Shown one piece after another: positions 1 through 11,300 of a stretch of DNA of 64,000 nt (positions within the stretch are counted from its first letter, which is position 1; the number at the start of each line of letters is the position of its first letter). This stretch comes from Botryllus schlosseri (Eukaryota), in assembly GCA_051294905.1 (NCBI GenBank), contig CM119376.1:18104001-18168000 (forward strand), written 5' to 3'. The notes under the pieces are model-generated. The model did no database searches. It was not told the DNA's origin and was given only the letters and a program-made list of their open reading frames with translations. The position numbers and the translations under genes are program-made.

Positions 1-119
1 GAATACAGCTAAATTCTACAATGGGTATTTGCGGAAAGAGTTCGTGATACCGATAATAAAATCAGGACATTAATGAACAATAAATCGCGCGAAGCGCGAA
101 GAAAAATTTTAGGTTACAT

Positions 120-223
120 ACATCTGCCCATAAATACTGTAATATCTATACATTTTACGAAAACTTTCCAAACATTTGAGGGGGGGCGACCGCCCCTTTC
201 GCCCCTCCCTGGCTACGCCAGTG
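120..223. mobile_element. Terminus of a non-autonomous DNA transposon (GGCGTAGCC-type end)
   Basis: gggggcgaccgcccctttcgcccctccctggctacgccagtg is the typical terminal signature of CAGTGGCGTAGCC-ended MITEs; a related ggtgtagccagg end occurs near 24402. The other end was not located. Confidence 0.4.
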
Positions 224-844
224 GCCTCACCTCTCTTTTCGCGGTGTATTTTTGATAATAATGATGTAAATTGATGATGTTGGATGAAAAGGATGTTCAA
301 ATTTAGTTATTTATGAACGTGGATGTGTAACATCAATATAATCATCGACTCATGGAGGGGTTTCACAATTTTCACTCAAGGGTCGGCCACACGGTACCGA
401 AATTCGCTAGCGACTCCGTTTATTTCTTTGCTCCACTCCGTCGCCAGCGAGCGCTAGCTAGGTCGCTAGCGAGGTCGCTATAGTGAAGTCGCTACCGATG
501 CGTTTCACTCGCGAGCTCGCTAGTGAATCTTGTTGTGACAGTATTACGTCACAGCCGACAAAAAGATTATTGTGAAATATATGGATCAGTTGTTCGGAGA
601 CCTCCGCCGTGTACGGACCTAGCCTGGAAGGTGATACATTGTAGCATACAGACCTGTATGGTATTTGAAATGGGTGCAAATGCTGGCTCTTGCAGGCACA
701 AGAATTAAAATGTTTAAATTATAACACAAGGTATGTAAAACGATGTACAACGATAACGAAACGGGCCGTACAATGATAGACGAGGAGATTACAAAATCTG
801 ATCAAAACTATCACGGATACCCAACCCATGCATGATATCAAGGG

Positions 845-2613
845 ATCAGGGCTACTACTGGATATTTTATTACGCCGATTTTCTGATTTGATCATCGTGG
901 TCACTTCATTCATCAAGCAGCTGTTCTGCCCTACAAAGCTCTCTGCAACGGACTAACGCCAAGCCAATCGCAGATAAATAGATCACTATGATACCCAAAT
1001 TTGACTGCTGAAATATGTATTCATTTATTGAATGCCACTGCCAATGAAAGTATTGCCTCTACAAATAACTACTAGTAATGCCTTGGACTGTCTGTGCAAT
1101 GTGCATATCAGGGCTACTACTGGATATTTTATTACGCCGATTTTCCGACTTGATCATCAAGCAGTTGTTGTGCCCTACAAAGCTCTTGGCAGCAGACCAG
1201 TAGGCTACCAAGCCAATCGCAGATAAATAAATCACTATGATACCGCATTTGACTGCTGAAATATATGTGGTAACTAGGGTTGGATTATCCGGATAACGGT
1301 TAACCGGTTAACCGCAGGTTTTTTTATTATCCGATATCCGGATATAAATCTGCCGGTTAACCGGATAGAATAGTATCGGTAATAATGCGTTTTACACTTT
1401 TAGGAAGCTTCAATAAGTCGTATTATCAGTGTTGCGCTCGGCCAATTAGCGAGAACCGTGTCGCCAATTAGCGGGATACGTCAATGCAGTGTGTAACGCG
1501 ACGCAATCTCCCGCTGTGAAGATCGCCAAATTAGGTCATTGATTGCCGCGAGCTCGGCTATCGTTGCTGGCCTGATTTTTCGAGTCTTCAACAAGCCTAT
1601 AGTTCCGCTGGCAGAATCACATCTGCAATGGGCTCTGTGGACTTTATAAGATCACTGGCCTACATAATCACACCTGCATTGGCTTGGTGCTCACGATATT
1701 ATCGCTGGCCTGCACAATCGCATCTGCAATAGGCATGGTACGAACGATATCATATCATCGCTGGCGTAACCATCGAGTCTCGGGCCTGGCATGCGTTGGC
1801 TCCTATCTCTTGGTGACTTGGAGACAATATGCCGGCAAGACTATTATGATCAGCGATTGTCATTAATGAGTGACATCGCGTAACTTGATGACATCGAATG
1901 TTCGCATTTCCTGCGTGCAAGCGTAATTAATTTCCACTGATACTAAATTCGAAAAAAAAAACGAAACCCCTTCGTTTTATTTAAAACACCCCCCCCCCAC
2001 TTATTTTTCCGCTGTCTACGGGCCTGATCATGTGAATTTCCCATGGAGGAATTAGAGCGAGCTATCATGTCGGCCTCAATTCCAGTATCAACTACTCGTC
2101 CTTACAGCACTGGACACCTAAACAGAAGAATGGGCAAAAAGGAAGCGCTGCTTTACTATATTCAGCCCATTTTTGTTGAAGCAGAAAGAGCATTTAATGC
2201 GTGTGGACTCATTGTTACAAAACTCCAGTCCCGGCTACAGGATGCCACTATTGATGCAGTGACTTTATAAGGAGGGAGTTGCAGAAGTAGTGAACATTAA
2301 ATGTGCTTGATTTTTCTCGTATTCGCTCGTACTGCGCGTGTACGTATAAATCTACTATAACACTGCGTAATGATTTTGCGATCCATTTTTCATGCAGACC
2401 TCGTGAAATCGATTATCTCACTTTGCATTCATTATCCGGTTAACCGGTTAGCTAAATTCCAAATATCCGGATATATCCGTTATCGAGATAGTGAAAATTA
2501 TTGATATCCGAACTAACCCTAGTGGTAACGTATTGAATGCCACTGCCAATGAAAGTATTGCCTCAACAAATAGCTGTCAGTAATGCCTTGGACTGTGTGT
2601 GCAATGGGCATAT
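845..2613. repeat. Tandem duplication of a ~260-bp unit, second copy split by a hAT insertion
   Basis: Unit 1 is 845-1106; unit 2 is 1107-1274 plus 2530-2613. Both begin atcagggctactactggatattttattacgccgattttc and end gccttggactgt.tgtgcaatg.gcatat. Confidence 0.85.
1275..2521 (+). mobile_element. Internally deleted hAT transposon with transposase C-terminal remnant
   Basis: Perfect 8-bp TSD gtggtaac (1267-1274, 2522-2529); tagggtt...aacccta ends; subterminal ggttaaccggttaacc. ORF 2043-2270 ends VEAERAFNACGLIVTKLQSRLQDATIDAVTL, resembling the hAT C-terminal dimerisation domain (ERxFS..G......R.RL). Confidence 0.88.
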
Positions 2614-2959
2614 AGCATTTTATTGTTGTTTTCAACTTCTACCATATCATCCGGTCGGCTAACATATCTTGTATACGGCAGAATACCTTTGTAATAATTA
2701 CCGTACCGGCGCAGTTTCTCGTTCCGAGAAAGACTTACCGTACTCAGTTAACCTTTTCCCACCCCATGATGACGTAACACTCATCTTGGTGAAAAAGTGA
2801 GATTGTCGCGAGTGGCATCACTAGTGAATATTGTACGTGTGGCCTACCCTTTACTCATCCAGACGACAGGTGAGGCACTGCCTCACCTGTCTCATTGGAC
2901 CGCACGTCACTGGTCATACCTTATCTGGTCTAACAAAGTTGTAGCTATGAGTCACAACT

Positions 2960-3492
2960 CACAAGGTTCAGAGTCGCAAGTCAATCGATTATTCTTCGGT
3001 ACTTTGTCTGGAATCAAGTCGATCCATTTTCCATTCGATATCGAGTCAAGTCCGAGTCCTGGTCAGAGAGCAATGGGTCGAGTCCGAGTCATATCGGTTA
3101 GAGGCGAGTCCTATATTCCAAGTCATAGTGTTCACTGTCAATTATCGATTTCAAGTCAAATCAACCTACTTTAATAAAACTCTTGAGTGATATCGAAGGC
3201 CTCGCATTCATAATATACCCATTTTTATCACTTTTAGCATGTCTATTCAAGCAGATAAGAGATAGATTATAATTATAGGCTTATTTTCAGGAATCGGTCC
3301 TGAATCCTAATTCACGATCTTTGAATATATCCACATGGATATTATCAAGTCATATAACTTGGTCGAGGCGAGTAAAAGTCGAGTCGATACACAAAGTGAC
3401 TCAAGTCCAGTCGAGTCGTTTTTGATTTTTAAGAAAATAACTCGAGTTAAGTCGAGTCGACGAAAAATTGGGCTCGAATGATAGCAATCCTG
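2960..3492. repeat. GAGTCGAGTC-rich dispersed repeat (probable MITE)
   Basis: Dense gagtc/gactc motifs ending aaattgggctcgaatgatagcaatcctg; a related end aaattggctcaaatcgagtc..cattacaaccctg lies at ~63497-63539, with fragments at ~9360-9440 and ~62260. No TSD found. Confidence 0.5.
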
Positions 3493-3570
3493 GTTCTGGT
3501 CTGTCTTACGATAAGATAGGAGTGATATAGAAGCTTTGACGCTTTACTTATATTTTTTTCCAAATCACAG

Positions 3571-5379
3571 GCGTGTGCGTCATGGTCTCTATGGTCTCCT
3601 TGGATGGATTGTAGCAAGACATGTGGTTGGGGAGAGACGCAACGTACGCGTACCTGTGTCAATGGGATTGTGGGAGAGCGCGGATGTGAATTGGATAACG
3701 GCGTGGGCGAAATAGAGCAGAACGAATGTTTGGAACGGGTTAGCGAGTTAATGCAAAGTAGTTTATTCACGAAATATTGAAGCGCGACGATATGTTTAAT
3801 CACGTAGAATAAAACGTTGTAGAAAGATCCGAGTCCGAGTGCTTAGAGATGAACGGATAATTGAGTCGTAATTCGCCTTTTAGACCTGCCCAGAATGGTC
3901 GCCATGGTCAGAGTGGAGCGACTGCTCCGCGACATGCGGCGACGGATTCCGCGATCGTACTAGAATATGTTCCAACGGTATGGTCGGAGATGCCGGCTGT
4001 GAAATTGACGACGGAATTGGTGAATACGAAGAAGGCAACTGCACATTGACGGTGTGTAACACTCATAGGTCTTGCCTATTTGAAGTCCTTACGCAAACAG
4101 TTATGTTGTTAGACTACTTCCAGTTCTACTTGAACAGTTTGTGGCAAAATACTTACGTTTTGCTATTTAGATTAAGAAAAGTAGACCGTAGATTCTGGAT
4201 AAGTTGGCATCACTTTTATGAGCGAATTTTTCATGAGAACCGATTGAAATGGTGCCTATATTCACGGTAGCTGACTTGGAAATATTTTCGAAGGTTCCAC
4301 CTGTGTGCACTGTGTAGCATTGTGTCATTAGTCATTCTGCATTATCGTTGATGATCAACTGCTAAAAGTATGCAACCGCTCGACTAAATCTTCGTAATAA
4401 AACTACTTTTTTAATAATTTTCAGACCTTTCATTTTCTAATGACTCTCCAAATAGTTTTGACATGGTTATGAAATTTATAACTGTATACTTGTAGTAGAG
4501 TTGGCATTTATGATGTTATACTTCTACTGCTACTTGAGTAGCAACGCCAATAACTTGGATTATCTCTGCTGACACGTGCAATTTTGCAAGCAGACGTGTG
4601 CGGCGTGGGGCGAATGGTCGGACTGGGGATCCTGCTCGACGTCATGTGGAGGAGGTACCATGGAACGGTACCGAGAATGCGAAAACGGCTTGCCCGGCGA
4701 TCCTGGATGTGAAGTTGTAGATAACCTTGGAAATAACAGTTTCTCAGAATGTAACGAGCAAGTATGTGCCATTGCCCATGGATATTTAGATTTTGCATGA
4801 AATTATGTATGGGTAATTCAAATCTTCTTTCAGCTTTGCCCCCAATTTAGCGACTGGGGTGAATGGAGCGCATGTAACGCGTCTTGCAGCGAGCAAGGCA
4901 TTCGTGTTCACAGCAGGGTCTGTTTGAACGGCGAGATCGGTCAGCTCGGATGCGAAGGCCCCGTGACTGAAGACCAATCGTGTTCCGGACCCGAGTGTGC
5001 ATATTGGTCTGAGTGGTTTGAATATGGCGAATGCAGCAGGACTTGCGGGGGCGGAGTCCAAACCAGGCTGAGGCTTTGCATAAACGGCGAAGCTGGGAGT
5101 CCCGGCTGTGGTGGTCAAAGCTTTCAAGAGCGTACCTGCAGTGAGGAGGTGCGCTCGTAGATATGCTGAATGAAACTAACGTAGTTGTGACAAACCGCGA
5201 TTTATTTTAGTCATGTTCGGCGGAATGGTCTCTATGGGAGACTTGGACTTCTTGCTCACGTACATGTGGCGAAGCGACTCGGTCTAGATTTCGAATTTGC
5301 GCCAACGGAGAAATTGGAAGTCAAGGGTGCGAAGACGAGTCGATGGAAACGGAAAGTTGCGCGGAAATCGAATGTCCAA
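3571..5379 (+). CDS. Gene A TSR exons (5 exons, 6 thrombospondin type-1 repeats)
   Basis: Translations such as [58 protein letters not shown] and [29 protein letters not shown] match the WxxWxxWxxCSxTCG..RxRxC TSR signature. Confidence 0.93.
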
Positions 5380-8300
5380 GTACGTTGCGTGTTGAATGAG
5401 TTGGGAGGGTACATCGTCCTTTCCCTCGAATGTAGCCGAATACTTGTTTCCTTTAGACCAGTGGTTCCCAACCTTATCCCGCCCACTTACCATTTCGAGG
5501 TTTTATGCGGTGCTCGCGTACCACCTACTTAAGTTATGTCGTAAAGAAATATCAAGTTAGACTCGTGAGCGTCTCGCGAATGAAGGTATTTCTGGTACGT
5601 TACGGCGATTCCAATAAATTTCTACTATGCGGAAAACCCGAATGGGATGTCAAGAAATATAGCATCACGCAACAAAGTGCATCATCACTGATTTTGTGCC
5701 CAAGTTTTTCGAAGGTAACCCCCTCCATCAGCTATACCCCTGTTAATCTGATCACGTGGACTGAGAATGGATAAATATCTGACAGTAATATCTGAAACTA
5801 CTTATATTATCGACGAAATTCATTCACGAGGTTTAGAAAAAACCTGAACTAATATCTCCCTTCGGCCGAAAAAATGAATCTTCTCGCCTAGTGGTACGCA
5901 TACAGCATGCAGGTTGTAGACCACTGCTTTAGACTCAGGGCGGATATCATCAAGTTGGATTATGATCGATGAAGTCGATTATTGAGTTCATCAGGATTTA
6001 GCAACCCAGGATTAAGGATACCTGGTGATCGCAGCGCATAAAGTTAATTTTTAACTCACGATTTAACAAACCGTAATAAACTATAGAATATAGATAATAG
6101 TTATCTATCAAAACTGCGTAACATTCATACGCGCATTTATTTTCGATTATATGACTGTGACGATTGTGTCCTAGGTCCTAGGTCCTTCACTAAACCATCA
6201 GGCAACCAACGAACTATGTACCCACCAACGCAGAGCAATACATCTATCGATAGTCTATAATCCGTTTCTTCGCTACACAAAGTGTATATAACAGATTACG
6301 TACGACTTTCATTTCCCGATGATGATAATTCTACCTATATTACAGTCGCAGCCTGCCGTTTCACTCAACAAATGACAACTTACAGCCAAGACTGCGTTTT
6401 CGCATTATGATGCAACAAATAACACCACTTAATTAAAAACTCGGGACACCTCGAGTGATCATCGCGCGTAACCCTATTCAATTTTATGCGTCGAGATTAG
6501 CAGTTTTTAATCACACGTCTAACATCCTCCTGTATCGGCTAACTTTATGATCTCCACCCTTAGAGTAACTTAACCTCTAAGCCCATAACATCTTAAGCGA
6601 CGGTCACTGGTTAGTGACGAAGTACTTTTACTATTAGAATAGGTTGACCTTCTTGTACTACTTACTTGGGTGGTTGTGGTTATGTTCATACAATACTCCA
6701 AGGCTATGACTGATCCCCCTCTACTTGCGCGTCTTTTAGGCGAAACTACTTAGCCTACTTTTTACAGATTTAATTTTGTTGAGTCGAAATTGGGCGAAAT
6801 CACTCCTGTATCACGGCACCTGAATTTCTTTTCGAAAATCACACAGATTTGTAGCTTTATTAATCAGATGCACTTTGCAATATCGGAAGTAAAAACCTCT
6901 AATAAACACCTAAAACTTATGCGAGCCCTCGGCCAAATTTACTCTTTGACACTACCTACTTTACTTCTTTTCGGACCTTCATTGTATACTTCCAGTTCAC
7001 GCAGGTTTGACGTGTCTTGTAAATAGCTACTTCTGCTTGTACCTCTATGTAGGCTACAGCCTCTTACAAACATACATATATTTCAATATTACATTTTTAA
7101 TTCCAGCATGTACCCCGGTTTTGGACGCAGTGTCGAATGGCAACGTGTCTTGCTCTGACGGTGCGAATGCTGGCTCGACGTGTACATTTATCTGCGACGA
7201 CGGCTTCAGAGTGTTTGGAGAATCGTCGGCGCTTTGCGAGTCCGATGGCGACATGCAATGGAGTAACGATCCCCCGATCTGTATAGGTAGGATCAACATA
7301 GTGCCTACCGACATCATTGTCTCATATTCACCATGATTATACTCACAGGAGCATGCAATGAAGTTGCCGATATTGTCTTCATAATCGATAGTTCGTCCAG
7401 TATCAGGGAGGCAAATTTTGACATCATCAGAAATTTCCTAAAATCAATCACTAGTAAATTCACTATAGGATCGGATGCAACCCAGGTAAGTCATCAATGC
7501 GATGCAGCAAACCGTTAGTTTCATGAATGCACATTGCACAATTGCAAATTGTATAGTTAGTCAGATAGGATGTACGCTGTATCGGTTAACCCTATTAGTA
7601 TTCATTACGAATGTGTGAACCCCTAAAACAGAGGTTTCAAACTCAAATGTGCTCGCGGGCCAATTTACTAGTTTTTGATGACGACGCGGGTCGCAGCATC
7701 AATAATAGGGATATTCAATGTATAATTTCCAAGTAGTCCTTATTTGACGGGACCTTGCAGACAGGCATTCCACAAACATCGTGGAAATGTAATTTACTAT
7801 TGTATTATTCACTCTTGACACGGAAAAAAATCACATTTTCAAATATTTGAATAAACTTGTTTTTGTGCCGGGCATAATTTTTCAAAATTAATGAGTTAAA
7901 AACATCATACAAGAGGATGCATCATGACATCGTAAAACTGTCGGTTCATAATATTGCAGCTAGTGGACCTTTTAAATCTACTGAAGATTGATCTGACACC
8001 AGAGCATTTGAGCGATGTAGCATAGTCCTGGTTTTGATATAGTCGTGAGAATATTGTTACTGTCATTGCCAAAGTCAAATTAAATCAGCGTTAAATTTTG
8101 CCTTCGATTATTATTGGAACACATCAATAATAACTTAAATATAATTATTATTGAGCCTCAGTAATAGCATTGCTTCTTAACCTTTTTAGCGATCGTACCC
8201 CTTGTGCTTCAAATGAGATTTCTCGTAGCCCCTGTCCATTTTCAACACAATTTCTGATCAGAAAGCCCATTCACATAAAATCGCGCGTAGCGCGAAGACT

Positions 8301-11300
8301 ATTTTCCAGTTGAATAAATTGGCCAAGAAGATATATTCCACAGCATATAGGCCTAATTCCACAATGCATCTCGTACACCCTGATGTGATGCTTCGTGCCC
8401 CGATCGGGTCTACGGACCCTGGCTAAGAACCCCTGGAATAGAAATGTCCAATCGACGAAGAATTCATTGGTGTTACAGCTGTAGAGGTATTACTAAGGTA
8501 CTATACCAGTGGTTCTTATACTTTTTAGACCGCGACCCAAATCTGACTTTTAGTTGTATCTCGCGACCCGAGCAAGACACACCAAAATGAATGCATTTGG
8601 GTGCCGACCAATTATATCAATAACGAAGGGTTTGGCCACCTGGCGACGGTCAATTATCGCCACCGAACTTTTTGGCACCGCACTTTGCCCAGCCTTATGT
8701 TGGCCCAACGTCATATATTCATGTGTCCAAGCGTGGACGGGTTTTGGCCTCATAAACCGGCAACCACTCGTTGTACAACTCTACACTAAAGCGTCCCAGG
8801 TCTGCGACGGTGTTTTCCAGAGAAACCAATGTTGAAAAAATCTTATCATGAATTCAAACCAATTTGTTTAATACAAAGGTCGGCACATTTTCATGATCAA
8901 GTCATGTTGTGGTCACGACTTCTACGCGTGTCTCGCTTATTGGCCGTGGTACCAAACTCAGTGACCTCCGATATGCTCAAACCAACTACAGTGAATCGCG
9001 CGAAAAGCGAAGATATTTTTGTTGTTGCAATGACCTCAAATAATATTACATACATATTAGGACCATTCTGGTACCGTCGCGACCCAAAATTATACCCTTC
9101 GCGACCTATGTTTGGGTCGCGACCCATACTTTAAGAACCACTGTACTATACTATCTACTACCTTACTCGCCACCGATAATAACATGGATAAAGAGAACAA
9201 ACAACACCCAGCATGAAACCAACTATACGTCACGGGAGTCACAAAATGCCAATGGTTGCCATAGATTAGATAGCTATATACCCTACGCAACACAAGCTAC
9301 GACCTTCTGATATATTACTATTCCCCATGACCGTTTCATAGTTTGTTGCGTCCGTAGGATTACTAAGTCACCGATCCGAGTCGCAAGTCCTTCTCTGATT
9401 TTAACGTTTGACCCGACTCAACTCGAGTCATTTTTATTTAATCACCCAGTCAATCCGAAATCGATTAACTTTACGAGAAGGTCGCACCAAACCAAATCAC
9501 AATTTTCAGTCACGAATCATCAACGGGTCATGTTTTATCATCATGATCTATAAATGTGATGTAACAGTTGATCTTCCACCTCAAGGTAGCTTTTAAAAGT
9601 GATGTGATAGTGAAGTTTGTGTGAAGTTAGTGAGATTTCAGTGATTTTTATAGTAGTTTTAGGGTGAACTTTAAGTTCTTATATCTAAAAAAGATGTATG
9701 GCGCATGAATATATGTTGAATACTTGGAATTCCAAAATGCCGTCGCGGGCCGCACAAAATGTCGCATGTGGGCCGCGTGTCTCGTGTTTGAGACCTCTGT
9801 CCTAAAAGGTTGGAGTTCTTGTGAACACGAACTTTTCTAAAATGGTCTATATTCTATCTATGTGAAGTGTGAGCGCAATTGTGAGCACTGACAATCAGGC
9901 TACGTCACAATGCTAATTGAAGCACAGCTCGCTCTTTGCCTCTCGATGTATAACAGTGGTTCTCAACCTTGGGGGGGGGGGGCGTGAAAGTATCTGAAGG
10001 GGGACGCGAAGAAGCGGTCAACTGAAATTTGTTTTCGCGATTTACCTCCAATCCACGCGTGTTTCTCTACATATAGACCGAATTTCATATTTTTGAATTC
10101 TCTCATCAACAGTCATAACGTTCCATGCCATGGGTTTGCTAGCATCCCGGTTGGATTTTGTGATATGACGATAAGGGGGGCGCGAGATTTTTCACTATCA
10201 TAAAGGCGGCGTGTCTAAAAAAAGGCTGAGAACCACTGTTCTATAATATACGTGCCTATCTGAATAAGATATTGCTGGTGTCATTCGAAAAATGTCTCTA
10301 TGCTTGCATCTGTCATCCATTATAACTTCGCTACTGCTGGGAAAGTTAGGCTCATTTTCTAGCAATGTCAGATATGAGTCAAAGTATTATAGGCTACTTA
10401 GAAACGGAATAGAAATATATTTACTTATTAATAACTAATTCGTAACCCATATAACATTGTGTAATTTCGTGTTACAGCGATTATAATTGTAGCACTCTAA
10501 CGTTTATCATGATAATTAATGAAACGAAAACATCGTTCCATCCAGTGCTTTCGCCATTCGCGTGCAACTACATATTGCTGCGCTGCGTAACGTTTTTTCG
10601 GATATCTTCTAGGATGTGATTCAGATATTGTGGCATCCAAATTGGCTCATTACCCCACTTTGGTGACGTGAATTTCAAGTATAATGTCGTTAATCTGTGA
10701 TCCTATTTCAAGTTCGGCGCCATCCGTTACAATAGAGAAGTCTCCCCTCTATGGAACTTGAACGAACATTCTACCTACTCCGAATTGGCAAATGCGATCG
10801 ACAACATACCGTACGATGGATCAGGCACGCTAACTGGTAGCGCTATACGCTATGCGGATGAGAACATGTTCACCGCCGACGCTGGAAGAAGACCTAACGT
10901 TCCGAAAATCGCCGTCGTCATCACTGACGGTAAACATTTGAGAGTTCGAGTTTTCGTGCTATTTTATTGATAACCGCGAGTTTTGAGAACGCTATACGCA
11001 CGTTACGTGATGACTATAGCGAGAGGCAGTCATTAACGAAGTACTTATAATTCTTTCAACGTACTCAAGTAGGTTTTACCTACCGTGCACCGCATACTAT
11101 AGTGGTTTTGTTGTTAGACAACTCGTGTTTAAGACATTGGATTCTGTATAGTGGATATATTTGTGTTTATGTGTGAATTTGTCGATAAAAACTGCAAAAT
11201 AGCTCCTGTACCACGGAAACTGAATTTATTTTCGAAAATTGTTCTCATCTGTAGTTTCATTAATCAAATTGCATTAGTCGCAAAGATGTAGCCTACTTTT

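Noticed and set aside
700-740. ATG at ~710 with donor at 731 as first coding exon of gene A
   Set aside because: ATG TTT AAA TTA TAA stops after four codons; no signal peptide.
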